From contig NC_135768.1 of the NCBI RefSeq assembly GCF_052425735.1, positions 6,882,001-6,946,000 on the forward strand: a DNA stretch of 64,000 bases, in the 5' to 3' direction. The notes beneath the pieces are model-generated. The model searched no databases. It saw only the letters and a list, made by a program, of their open reading frames with translations, and was not told the DNA's origin. This document shows, one piece after another, positions 21,000-34,400 of this stretch (position 1 is its first letter; each line of letters begins with the position of its first letter). The stretch comes from Oculina patagonica. Lineage: Eukaryota. The translations under genes and the position numbers were made by a program.

Positions 21000-21570
21000 G
21001 AGAATGGCTTCGATCATCTTTTCCAAGTTAACTGCTAAACTATCTTCACAAAAGCCCGACAGCAACCCTTGCCTTCACCTCAAAGCCAGTAAAGTTGCAT
21101 TGAAGCACGAAGGGTGGTTTCGATCAGCTTTTCAGGGCTAACTTTGTGTCCATCTTTACTAAACTCTTACCAGTTCTCGCCATCACTGAATTTTTGAAGT
21201 TCATTTGTGTTGAATCACAAAGGGTGGTTTCGATCATCTAAACCGTTAAGCCTGGCAACCTCTTGCCTTGTAAGCTCACCCTCCAGAAAAAAAAAATGTC
21301 CACCTTTTCCTCCACCGAGTATCTCAACTTCAGCAAAAAACTCGAAGGGTGGTTTCAATCGTCTTTTCAGATTTAATTTTTCAGCCACTTGTCACAAAGC
21401 CTGATCAACTCCCGCCTTCACCAAGTATCTCAAAGTTCAGCTGTATTGAAGCAGGGAAGGTGGTTTCAATCATCTTTTTAGAGTTAATGTTTCAACGATT
21501 GTCGCACAAGCCTGAAAAGAACTTTCGCCTCCACTTAATACCTCACAGTGTAGTTGTATCAAAGTATGGT
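21000..21570. repeat. Degenerate ~110-bp tandem repeat overlapping the GPCR stop codon/3' UTR
   Basis: (aag)ggtggtttc(g/a)atc..ctttt recurs at ~21005, 21111, 21220, 21346 and 21457. Confidence 0.7.
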
Positions 21571-22730
21571 CTTTCCGTTCTACCACTTTGATTAGTCGTC
21601 TGACTCCCCTCTTGAGGGTGTACTTGATTGATGTTGAGCCGGGGGCAGATCTTTCCACAACAGCAGCTCAGAGTTTGCCTCAAAATATGCAAGTAGCCGG
21701 CTCGAAAGTTCTGATTGAAAATTGGATAGATGTACGGCGTGATGGCGCTGTTAGAATAGGACATGAAATACCTGATGAAAGCAAAACTAACGCTGTTGCA
21801 GAAGCCCGGAGCTGGCACAGTTAAGCAACCGGCGATAGCAACCCAAGAAGGCATCCAGCAAATACAGAACACAATCACTACCGTTGTAAGCATGGATATC
21901 ACTTTACGGTTAACCGTACGGTTGCGGGCGGTGCCAGAAGCCGTCTGATTCCCAGGGGTTCTTCTAGTGCACATTTTCACCCCAATAGCAGTGTATAGGG
22001 CTATCGTGGCGGTAAGAGGAATTCCCTGCGTGAAGACGAAGTCACAGATTAAATAAGTATGGTAGTTTTCCGAAGTTTTTAGAAGATCTCTTATAAGGGC
22101 ATTAGCACAGTATGTTTTTCCGTTTATGTCGATAAGTATGGCGTAGTGGAACGGCAGGTAGTAACAGCAGCATGGCAGAACCCAGGTGAAGATGATTATT
22201 GCAGCCATTATTTTTCCGGTCATTGGGCGTCGAAGCGGGAAGAACACGGCTAAGAATCTACCCAAGGCGATGAACGCAAAACTCAAAGTGGAAACAAGCA
22301 GTGAGATAAAAGGTACTGCGCTGTTGATTTTGCACGTGAGAAGGCCAAAGGTTCCACCGACGAGCCACTCATAACCCACAAGTACGATGGAGATCAATCG
22401 TGGCACATTACATATAGTAATAAGCAGATCTGCGAAACAGAGATTTACAATCAGGTAGTTGCTCAGTGTTCGCATTCGCCTGTTAACATTCTGGTAAACC
22501 GAGCCGATGGTCAGAGAATTGCCGACGAGAGAAAACACTATGACAATAGCGCAGGCTAGGACTTTGAAAACTGTTGAAGTCAAGGGTTCCTGGACAAAGA
22601 GAACAAACTGATTTCTCCCAGTGGGAAGCGTCCCGTTTCCATTTCCGTGAGTCCAGTTCGCTGATCCATTAGCAAAATCTGCAAAACCTGCAGTGGAGGA
22701 CTCGAAAAACGTTTCGTTCACGAAGCTCAT
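21543..22730 (-). CDS. Intronless class A (rhodopsin-like) GPCR, neuropeptide-receptor-like (395 aa)
   Basis: N-glycosylated N-terminus, seven hydrophobic segments, TM1 GNSL, TM2 LCFADL, TM3 Cys, TM4 W, TM6 CWMP, helix 8 NQNFR. DRY is GRF and NPxxY is TPYIY. Confidence 0.9.
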   Translation of the reverse strand: MSFVNETFFESSTAGFADFANGSANWTHGNGNGTLPTGRNQFVLFVQEPLTSTVFKVLACAIVIVFSLVGNSLTIGSVYQNVNRRMRTLSNYLIVNLCFADLLITICNVPRLISIVLVGYEWLVGGTFGLLTCKINSAVPFISLLVSTLSFAFIALGRFLAVFFPLRRPMTGKIMAAIIIFTWVLPCCCYYLPFHYAILIDINGKTYCANALIRDLLKTSENYHTYLICDFVFTQGIPLTATIALYTAIGVKMCTRRTPGNQTASGTARNRTVNRKVISMLTTVVIVFCICWMPSWVAIAGCLTVPAPGFCNSVSFAFIRYFMSYSNSAITPYIYPIFNQNFRAGYLHILRQTLSCCCGKICPRLNINQVHPQEGSQTTNQSGRTERPYFDTTTL

Positions 22731-25051
22731 CTTTCGGGGGAAATTTTCAAATGGACTATTTTATGCTGTTGATAACGAGTTAAATGATCGCCTTTAGCTT
22801 ATCAAATCCTATTTTCTCAGCTGTCAGGTGATCGTTGGAGATTATTAAATGTAAGCTTCTTTTAATAGCAATCTTGTTTGTAATGGAAATTCTGGATCAA
22901 TAGCTATTAGAAGGTTTTTCACACAACAATGTTTTTTCGACTAGTATTGTTTTTCATCTAGTCACTTCTATCAAACGAATTGCGGTATTTACCATAACTG
23001 GAAACTACTTTGCACGTCATAAATTTCTCTTAAAAAAATAATTAATTCTCAGATAAGCCTTTACTAATGAACCTGCCCTTTAAATTTTGTAGTAAACGAC
23101 GAATTGTTTTTATTTTAAGCGAAAATTATGAGTACATAACGAACTTAAACGAGTATTAGTAAAGACAATGGCCATTTAATGAGTTCAAGCAGCTTGCATA
23201 TTAGAGTGAGGATTTTGCCCAAAATTTTCAATAAAATGTACTGCAGATTTTTATTACAAGTTTGTGATGTGATTAAATTTGAGTTATCACGTTTGAAAGG
23301 CATTGTTTTCATTTTCGTACCGTATTGCGGTATAGAATTGAAACAAAATAAACATTACTACGTTTTGGCGATAAAAACACCGCAAAGCAAGACATTGTTG
23401 CATAAATTAGAAACGTCTCGTAGCCTCGCTATTACTAAATAAGACGCTTGCGTTTTCATGTTTGAAAATGATCCGTTATTGAATCCCCGTCATCAAAATC
23501 TCCTCAAAAGCTCTCTTAAGCAAAACCTCCCCTCGTTTCTCTCCCACCATCGGCGACAATTCTGTTAAACAAGCTACAAGTAATGTTGCGGCAGCTTATG
23601 TATAGACGGCAATTTTCTAATACACTTTATCTAAACAAGACGAAACACAAGCGATGCTTTGTATTGACATAGACAATCACCTAAAGCAAAAATGCACCAT
23701 TTAATTTCGCTTATATGACACCAAAAACTGAATTATGGGCCGGAAACTGATAGAACGAATATTAAAGTACAGCTTTGTTCGAAGACGCTTTGAGAAGGTT
23801 TATTAGTTTTCTTCTTTAATTTGATTGCATCGCGCATAAGCTTCCTTTTCCAAACTATGAAAAGCACCTAAAGAGCAACAAAAATTGATCCTTTTGATTA
23901 TTCAGCTTGTTTCAGTGGATGACATTTGAGAGATAGCTAGGGTGCTGTACACAATAACCAGAACAAAAAAGATCAGAAAAGCAATATTGAAATGCTACGA
24001 GATTTTTGTTAGTTTCAGACTCTATTTACTCAGCCAAGCTGGTGTGTGTTTAGAACTATTTATCATGTTTAAATGAAATCAAAGAGACGCAATGGCTAGT
24101 TGGTGCATTGAAGAATCGTCTCGTCATATTTGCGACTTTCGTTCTTTTGTGTTATGCTCATTTTGCGGCTCAATCAGTCTCAAATAGGTCCAGAATAAAA
24201 TTACTACTTCACCTTTTCGCTTAATCGACAACCTAATCGGCAATCAAAAGCAGTTTGGAAGCTTGTAATGATAAATATACACGATTAAATTTCACTTTAA
24301 AATTTACTTTAATTCAGATATTCTTCGTCCCATGCAGTCCTGTCGTCTTTGGGTCGCTACAGCTAAATAATCGTGCATTACTAAAGTTGCAAGAAGCACT
24401 AAATTGAAAAGAAAGAATAAAAAAAAAACACAAACAAACAAAAAAAAAAATGGGGAAAGGAGGGGAGGGGAGGGGAGGGGACGGAAGGGGATAAAGTCAA
24501 GAAGGAGGGGGACAGACAAAAAAAAGGAAACGATCAATCTCCATTCGTTTATTCTTTACAACTTCACTATTATATACAAGGATAATATAAGGATTACAGT
24601 GTGAGAATATTAAATTAAACATAAAATACGTACATAAACCCTCATCCGAATGAAAATTGTTTTTCACTTGCTGCAACAGTCATCAAATGTCTTTGGGGTT
24701 AATTACAAAGTTCCTTGGTCTCGAAAAAAGGAAAACGCCGTACGAACTTCACCTAACATACACCATAATACATTTAATAACCTAATAGGGCGAATGACGA
24801 ATCTAACGAGGCACCATACTCAGTTCAAACTTTTCCACAAAAGCGGAAACATTACTAAATCTCCTTTAATGCACTAAATTCTGCCAAGTGAACTAAAACC
24901 GAGAACGCATGTACAGTATATGTATAAAAAGCTTTGTGCATTCAAATGATAATTTGTTCAACATGGCGTCAATAAGACATAAACGCCCGATGAAACTTTA
25001 CATAGGTAAATTGTATTGATGGGCATTCAGGGAACGCCTTTCACAGACAAC

Positions 25052-25418
25052 TTATGCCACCATCGGATTTCCAAAGCCGACCCTTTGTTGTGTTTGGTGA
25101 ATCTCCTCGAGTAGATTTTCGTCCTGTAAATTTAACTATGAAATAAAAAAAATATATATAAGGTATGAAGGACCAAATTTTTAAAAGCTATTTGCGTCTG
25201 TTATTGAAAATAAACGTTTCTAACATTCTAAAAGGACCCTAGTCAGCCTCCGCCATTGTTGATGACATCGAAATTATGAAAATTGTATGGTGAAGCGAAA
25301 TCTTATTGCATTGCTGTTAGTTATATTCCTGGAATGCCTGTTTAATTACCTTTAATAAATTCACAGTGATCTCTTTCGTTTAGACACGATCCAGGTAAAA
25401 TATAATACCGAACTTCTC

Positions 25419-25454
<36 letters not shown>

Positions 25455-28400
25455 TCCTTTTAAATAGAAAAAGTAAAATTTCCATATATTTAACAATTAT
25501 TCGCCGAAGGCGAAGTGATTATTGTTGAATAATCACTGAGCCTGAGGCGAATAATTGTTTTAGTATAATTTTAAGAGGTGATCATCAAGAACTTAAAAAA
25601 AATAACGATAGCAAACAAGAAAACAGCAAACACAAGTGTTCGCTTGCATACATGTACAGTGTAAACCAGTTTAATTAATCGATTGCAATCAGAATTTATT
25701 TAGTTAAAGCAATAAAACGGAACAAATCAAACACTATAAGAAAGATAGATGTCCGTTACCTTTGTATGATTGTTGATGACTTCTAAGTGAATGTGCGAAT
25801 CCTCTCGAAAATGAGTAGCTCCGGTGAGAAGAGAACTAAATAATGTTTGCTCAATCGATCTGACTGAGTTTCTCATCGATCGCCCAAACCGCCGTGTTTA
25901 CGATCATTTCTAATGCCTTGAGAACCATCTCTTGAAAATATTTTCGGTCCAAAAGCCTCGGTAGTTAATTTGCAAAATTCTCAATGTTTAAAATATCCAG
26001 GACTTGGACTGGTTTCTTTCAAATCAAAGAAATTTTCATTCAGCAAAAGCGGCCATGTTTACTTGCCTGGATGTCAAAGGTGGCGTGACTAAGTAACCAA
26101 GCCTTCAAAGCTATAATAACCTCGCGCGGGGTGAATATAGCCTCATAAGCTGAGCTTCTCGACCAATCAGAATGCTTCAATTCTTATAATCACCTCTGAA
26201 ATTATACTAATTAGCAATACTTGGCTTACGTAGGTCAACTGGTCGAAAGTGTTAAAAACGCTGCAGTTCGTTCCACGTTTGTGGGAATCAAGATTACAAC
26301 TATACAAGATCGTTGATAATCTTTTGGTCCGTCATCGTAAACGTCAACGTCATCATCGTAGTCATCATTGTCGTCATCGTCGTCGTCATCATCGTTATTA
26401 TTGTCGTCATCATTGTCGTCATCACTGTCGTGATCATCGTCGCCATCATTGTCGTCCTCATCGTTATTATTGTCCTCATCATTCTTGTCATCATCGTTAT
26501 TACTGTCGTCATCACTGTCATCATCATCGTTTTTATTGTCGTCATCATTGTTGTCTTCACTGTCGTCATCATCGTCGCCATAATTATCGTCATCATCGTT
26601 ATTATTGTCGTCATCATTGTCGTCACCATCGTTATTATTTTTGTCATCATTGTTGTCATCACTGTCGTCATCATCGTCGCCACCATTGTCGTCATCAGCG
26701 GTATTATTGTCGTCATCATTGTTGTCAACATTGTCGTCATCATTGACGTCACCATCGACGTCATCATCGTTATAATAGTTGTCGTCAATACCGTTGGCCC
26801 TATCGTCGCCTTCGTCATCACCATTGCCATCGTGTTGTTGCCCTTTCCACATTTTGTATCCCCAAGGCAGTAAAGGGCATCTTCCAGTAGCCTCCCTCAT
26901 ACGGTTCTTTTCTATTGAATTTGCTTTGTCACTGGACTAGTCTGTGTTTTCCAGCCCAGACATTTGCCAACTCGATATAACATTATCCGGAAGTCGCTCA
27001 GTTATTGGCTAAAGAAAACATTCCCAAAAGGCTTCGTTCTGCGTCGGCTGGTGTTATATATTACGCGGGAATATTTGGTAACGTAAACACTTGAAATGAT
27101 TTGTACTTTTTTTCGCTGCAGATTTTTAAGCTTCTATATTGTTTTGTGGTTTTCATTTTATTTCATGAACCTGGGTTCAAATGGTTTAGAATCTCGAAAG
27201 GTTCAAGAAATTTATCGCAAGCCTTCGGTTCGTAATTTACAAGCTCGTCACGGCTTACAACTAATATTACAGAACGCTTTTAAAATAGCCTACTAAAATG
27301 TTTTTAATTGTTACCCACCTTCAAAGCGTACTTGTAAGATTGTTCGGCTTCCAGTTGTCGCCCAGTCTACAAAAAGAAATAATTAACAATAAACATTTGA
27401 CATACCTGGGTCCTCTATTTGTAAAGTTTTTTAAACACCTGGAAGATACCTTACGTCAGCGTTTTGCCGACTGAAAATTTTCCTTGCGTCGTTTTCTACT
27501 GTTTTCATATTTTGACGTTTGAACTTGATGGCTCCCTGATTACGCATTACAATACTAACGCAATTAGACAGAAAAAGCGCGCGATAAGAACGTTGGCTAC
27601 TCAAAATAACGAACAATTAATATTTTCAATAAAATAATCAAGGCTAAACCTCACCTGCAAACAAACAAGAGACAGATATGACCACACCTCCGCGTCCTTA
27701 TTATTCAATATGTTCGCCTCAGATAAAGCGTCCTCAGCCTCTGCTAGGTCTCCCAGCTACAAAAATACAAATGATTAACATTTAAAATCTCCTTTGAAAT
27801 CGACACAAAATGAGCCATGCGTGTAATGAGAGTTAAAGAATTGATCAGCTAAATAGAAAGTGTCTTGATAGGAAGTCAAATTCTCATCACTTGCTACAAA
27901 CGAAATGTATGGAGACCGGTAAGGAGAAGTCATATTTTGACACGGGATTGACTACTCACTCACCCTATAACAAGCAATTCCTGCCCCAAGCCAAGAGACA
28001 CAGGACGGTGAGCGAATGCAGGCTTTGAGGAAGGTTGTCTTTGCTTTATCAAACTGAATGTAAATAAAAAAAAAAGTACAGTTCAGTGGATAAATACTAC
28101 AAGAAAAGTATCTAACCTTACAGAAGCTTGTATATCCGCCAACAAACGAAGCGGACTTATGTAGGCAAGGTACATAGTAGTGGCCAATAGAGCCACTAAC
28201 ATGTATCTTGCCCACATACCTTATCTCCAGTTTCTGTGGCACTAAGCGACTAGGGGCTACTACCCCTCAGATGGGATGCTAGTCCATCACAGGGTTACTC
28301 GAGCATTTAATTCACCAGTACCCATTTATACACTTGAATGGAGAGAGGCACTGTGAGAGTAAAAATCTTTACCAAGAACACAGCACAATGATCCCGACCA

Positions 28401-31400
28401 GGGTTCGAACCTGGACTATTAGGCCACCTGCACATTCTTCAAGGTACATGTATTATCCACAAAAGTTAACATTATTAAAAGCTTTCTTCATAGTCATCGT
28501 TTTAAGTAAAAGACAAACTATTTCATAGCCTGCTTAATTATCGTGACCAACGTTTTAGCTATCTGTCACCCATTTTACAAATTTAGTGCAGAAAATAAAA
28601 CTGTTTGAGAGGTATAGAATAAACGATTAAGTTTACTAATTTTAAGGCATGCGATTTGTCCTAGTTGTGACTCATAGGATGCCAGTTCATTACAAATTAT
28701 TTAAAAAGCCTCACCTCGCCCTTCTCCAGGTAGATTGACGCAAGTCTCAGATAGATAGCGTGCATATCTGAGGCTTCTGTCGTATAGGCCAGCGTTCTTT
28801 CGTAGCAGTCCCGGGCTTCCTCGGTTCGGCTTGTCAAGTAATAAAGATGTCCCATCAAGCCCCACGCGTCTGGGTTCTGTTACGATATAACATTAAAATA
28901 TTTAGCAGCTGTGTTAGTGGGGTATCCCCTTCTGATGTCCGAAGAGTTAACGAATCTAGACGGGTTTATTTCTTAAAAGTTCCAAATCTCGGCAAGTTTC
29001 CACTTTCCCAAAAATTCCGATTCTCCGAAGAGTTTCCGAACCTCGACGAGTTTTCGATATCCTTAAAATTCCGATTTCCGAAGTGCTACCGTTTCCAAAA
29101 GATTTTTGGTTTTCGATTCTTCGTCGCAAGTGAATAGTCAGCTTGTTTGAGATGCTTAAACTTTCCACGGAGAAAGGAAAAATTACTACGTATCCACGGC
29201 TTTAACATGGTTTCCACAGATTCCCTGACTTGTCTCTGATAAAAATATAATTTCCCTGACCAAACAAACACAAAATGCCATATATAGTACTAAGGGGCTT
29301 CTAGCCTCTGCTCCCCCCCCCTACCCCCCGAAAAAAAACAAAACAAAAACAAAACAAACAAAACAAAAACATCGCTGAGATCACATTGAAATGAAATGTT
29401 TCTTCCAGCCTTTAATGGTATTAAATCAGCAGGGATATAATTTCAATTTCTCTGACTTTTTTTCAAAATGTCAATTTTCCCTGACTCAAAATAAAATTCC
29501 CTGACTTTTCCCTGATCTTCAAGAATTTTATTTTCCCCTGACTATTTACTGACCTGCGGCAACCCCGTCTTTTAAAAAGCTCTGGCTCGACTTGACTCCA
29601 ACAGACTTACCTGGTGCTTCAACACGATGGCTTGTTTAAGATTCTCCTCTGCCTCAATGAACGATTTTTGCTGAATCCTCAACCTTCCAAGGAGAACGTA
29701 GTAGTCGGCTCCAGGCTCCCCATTAGCTGCTACCAGCTCGTGCGCCAAAGCCCCGTCAGTTAACTAGTACCCAGTAACAAAAATATAGAAATTAATGTTA
29801 GTCAAAAATGATGCGCCGAGTCAAGTATTTTAATAAGAAAATTTAGCCGACTCGATGAGACGTTAAATGAGGTCGCGAGACCTTGAACAAAATATTCTGG
29901 ACACGATTTGATTTAAACTTGCAGTGCAACACAAGCTCACAATGGCTTTTTAATTTTCAATGCGGCGACCTATAAAGCTAACCAGAACGCAATGCCTTGG
30001 GTTTCGCACCTGAATGGTTCAAAATGACACAAGTCTGTGTGCAAGCGTCGCACGACTTTTTTTTTTTGACCTAGCATAACATGCCTTACACCGAAGCAAA
30101 GGCAAAGTTTCGTTTTACAATCAATCCAAATCCTTTAGCCACTTTACCTGCAAGGCGTTTACTTCCAGTAAGAAATTCGCCGCCTGCAAGAAAATACTAG
30201 CATTTGGCTTGACCTCCGCTGGCTTCTCCTCAGGAGGTACCGCGTGTTCGGAATCCTGAGGAGGCGGCGATTGGCGGTGAGAACTACCAGGGCTTGGAAC
30301 ACGTGAGCTTTGTTTGGAAGCCACGTGAGTGGAGGACTGGGTCGGAGGTTTCGTTCCAGGCTTCCCAACGGGTGTTGCTGAGCTTATTACGACTGACGGG
30401 GGGAAGGCTGCGGCTGCCGTTGGCGGGGCTGAAGGCTCAGAAGATGTTTCGCCAGTTCCTGGAACAGGTTCCTCGCGTGCTGCATCGTCAACTGAAAACG
30501 AACAACAAACAAAGAAATCACTGCCTGCCTTCTTTTTTTCCCTTTTTTAATGGCACTTTTAACAGACCGGAAAGAGCTTAAGACGGAATCCATAAGGAAA
30601 TTGTGTAATATTAATTTTAGTTGGACAACCAGAATAATTTAAATCCTACTGCTTTATTTTCTACCCTTTTTAAAAGCTAAAGATGTATGTAATTATCCGT
30701 GATAACACCAACAACATTTTTTATCAGAGCCCGAGAAAATGAATTTCAAAGTTCGTAAGAACCATATAAACTATAGGTAAAATTTCACGTGTAGCTATTT
30801 TGTAAAATCGTCTTTTAAGCGATTCAGTGGAATTCAGTAGAACTTCGAAATGTATTTTCGATGTTTGGTGTTTTTAAAAATGATTTCTTTTGACAAGATA
30901 TTTGAAACAGTAACACAGAAGTTTGCAATAAAATGTAAATAATTTTGGTGCATAATTTTGTCCAATTAATACTCGTAGTCCTGGCGGATTCCGCCTTAAA
31001 ACTTTACATATTTAAGAACAGTTTAGAAAAAATGACAAAAAGTACAACACTGGACCACGTCGCATATTTACACGAGACCGAAAGTTGCTGAAAGTTTTTC
31101 TACGCTAATATTTTTTTTGTTGGCTCATAATTGCTCAAGAAAAGACCATTCGTACCATGAACTTCCGGTAATTTTTGGTCCTCGGAGACACCAGTCCCGG
31201 GAGCACCCTCGCTAGCAGGTTCCTCGGCACCAGTCTCCGAAACAGAGCCGTCGACCTCGGCTGGTACATTAACTGGGCCTGCCAGCTCAGTAGAAGACGG
31301 CGTTGCTACGTTTAAGCGGTTAGCTTCAAGGAACGCACGTTCAGCTCCAATGTCGTTTTGTATGCTGTCGTAGTACAACCCTGTAGGGAGGGAAAGTGCA

Positions 31401-34400
31401 CTGTTATTAGTACCACTGGCAGAGGAATACGATTTGAAACATTTAGCACAAATGCATGGCATGTCCGTCTACAACTACGAATGGATACCTTATTATAGGA
31501 ATATAACGAAACAATTTAACGCAAACAAAAGTTACGTGTAATAAAATTAACGCGAATTTTCGAAAAATTATGTTTACATACATATAATTAACGTGCATGG
31601 AATTAACGCGAATTTTTGAAATTCGCGTTAATAACATGTATCGTTGATTTCCTATAATACGGTAGTTTACTTGCAAAATCCTATTAATGAGGATCCTCAA
31701 GTTTCAGTATGCAGCGTTCGAGTGTTGACAAAGACAAGTGACATTTCCCGAAAACTTGAGCTCTATGCGGAAAAGGGTACCATGGGCGTTCAGAAACAAA
31801 ACAAAATAAACACTGCGTACTGACCACGGAATTTGGGGGACGCAGTGGCCTCATGCCTCATGGATAGTGCGCTGGACTTCGGATCGAGCGGTCGGGGCCA
31901 GGGTCACTGTGTTGTGTTCTTGGGTAAGACACTTCACTCTCATACCGCCTCTCTCAACCCAGGTGTATAAATGAGTACCGGCACATTAATGCTGGGGAGT
32001 AATCCTGCGATGGACTAGCATTTCATCCAGGGGGGAGTAGCAATACTCCTGGTCGCTTAATGCTACAAAAACCGGGATAAGCTCCGGCGGTATGGGCCAC
32101 TTGGCTCGACACAGAATTTTTCTTTACCTTACTGATCACGCTAAAGAAGGGATGAATTGGTTCCCTCTGTTTAGCAGTAAATATGTCGTTAGCTTTTCAT
32201 TTTAGTAATTTGTTTGGTCTTTTTTGTCGACACTGCCACATTCTTCTTCTCTGTAGGCGTGAAAAATTTGTCCAGGATGAGACAAATTTTTGCTGACGTC
32301 ATTCTTAGCAACAAGTTGACTGACACTGGTTTATTATGTTGCCAGGCACGACAACGTCTTCAACAAGTGCTGCCTTCATACCCCATCCAGACCCTAGCCT
32401 GAGTAGCTAAATATGATTGTTAAGACTTCTCTATTTACTGGGTGCATCAATGGCATAATTACCTAGCATGGTCCATGCAATAACACTCTTGCTCTCAGCG
32501 CATGTCGCCGCCTCAAAAAACGTCTCGGCTTCTTCGAACCTCTCGGTCATCAGAGCCATGCAGCCGTACATTAGGAGACTGGGGAGAAAAAATTACCTTT
32601 AGTTAATTGTTTGGCCGGGAGGAGACTAGGGTGACTGTAGTACGTCATAAATGGTGCACTCGAGAACAATTTGCCCAGATGGCATGAGCTTTGAATTTTT
32701 CAACGATTAGGCTACGTGTTTTTCTTCCTCTGCAGTGAGAAAACTCCCGAAGATTATATGCTTGAACTTTTGAGCAATTTTCTTTATGGCGAAGCTCGTT
32801 GCTATTTGAAACACTTGTATAATTAATCACGGGTATCAAAACTTCAAGGAGTTTTGCTAGCACATTTACAAGGGGGATTACAAGGAAAAACTGTGTTAAG
32901 GCCATTAAATGAAACAAAACAAAAATAATTTCGAAAATTTTCATACTTTTTCGGGTGCAGGTTTAGTCACACAGGTATGTTCTAAAAACTATGAAAGAAG
33001 TCCTACAACTTGATTTTGACTTGCAAAACAAGAAAAAAAAAGCGAACACAAACACAAGCACAGGAAAAAAAGGAAAAACAATGAAAGCTGGTCACCGTAC
33101 CCTGGTACATGTTTCTGGGAGATTGCTATCGTCTCCTTGAAGCACTCCTCAGCCTAAACGATATAAAAAATTAACACAAACGTTATCAAGGATTATACTT
33201 TTCGCCTCAATTGGCCACGTGAGCTACAATAGACGTTAAAGACCAATATTCAGAAATTGGCAATTCATTTAGAAAAACAAGGCTATTTTATACTTATTTT
33301 TTATGCAAACGTTAACCAATAACACCATGACCGCCTTTTAAAATATCGTTTTCTTAAGAGCTCCAGACAGTCAGTATTGGAAATTTGGAATCCCTTACCT
33401 TTCCATAGTCACCAATAAGTAAACAAAAGGCTCCGTAATCGAACCAATGATCAGGATCGTTCTTGTTACGAGACAGTCGCTAATGAAACAAAGAAAGAAA
33501 GCGACATGAATAACAGTCCACACATATGATGCCTCAGTCAAACTCAAAGATATTCTATGTCTTTGCTTTTTTAACAAGTACGAAAACCACATAGAAAGGT
33601 ATTACAAGTACCTCTTGGTAATACTTTGCGGCCAGCTCAAAATTCTGGTTCACCTACAAAAGAGAATATATGTATTTAAAAATTGTTAAAAACAACAAAC
33701 ATGAACGTTCTCTTTCGCGAAAATTGTGTGACAAGTCAACTGTCACACAATGAACTATAGCTTACCTCAGCTTCCCTCGCAAAGTGTTTAAGAGTTGCGG
33801 AGTCCGTGACAGGCGGGGGCTCTTCTGGAGTTTCTTCTGCCGTGAGAAACTGAAAATGCAAGGAATCCCGAGTGAAAATAAAATATAAACATGCACTGAG
33901 AAGCCGCATGTGGTTGGTAAGTCAACTTTAACGCGACATTTTGGAAAGGAAAATCAGTTCAACTAAAGATTACTCTTTAATTTTGACTATGTACTTTCGA
34001 GATCTAAAATGTTCAATATTCTAAGCTTGTTCAAACCAAAGAAAAAGGGGCAATAAATCTGATACTAATTCAAATGGAGAAAGCGTGTTGTTTTAACAAA
34101 TAATAAAAGTTCCAATAATTTCTGATTCTCATTAGACTTAACCAATCACAAAATACCACGAGCACACGTGAACAAAACGTAAGTAAAAACGTCACTATGG
34201 CGTCACGAGGCTAAATCTTGTTGCTTAGCAACTACGCTGACCAGCAGACCAGCTGGCTCAGTAAATCATTCCTGGAGTCAAGAAATGGTATGCGTTAACC
34301 CGTTTTTTTAACTAAAGCACTGTCGTTTACAACAAGGACCATTACATAAACCAACACTGTCAAATTACCTTGTTTAAGGCGACGTGCATCTGATCGATAA

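Noticed and set aside
26249-26873. His/Arg/Cys-, Met/Thr- and Ile/Val-rich ORFs
   Set aside because: Alternative frames of a trinucleotide microsatellite.
27005-27060. Candidate CFAP70 last exon (..PFGNVFFSQ*)
   Set aside because: A much better exon with a canonical acceptor ([27 protein letters not shown]) lies at 25052-25135.
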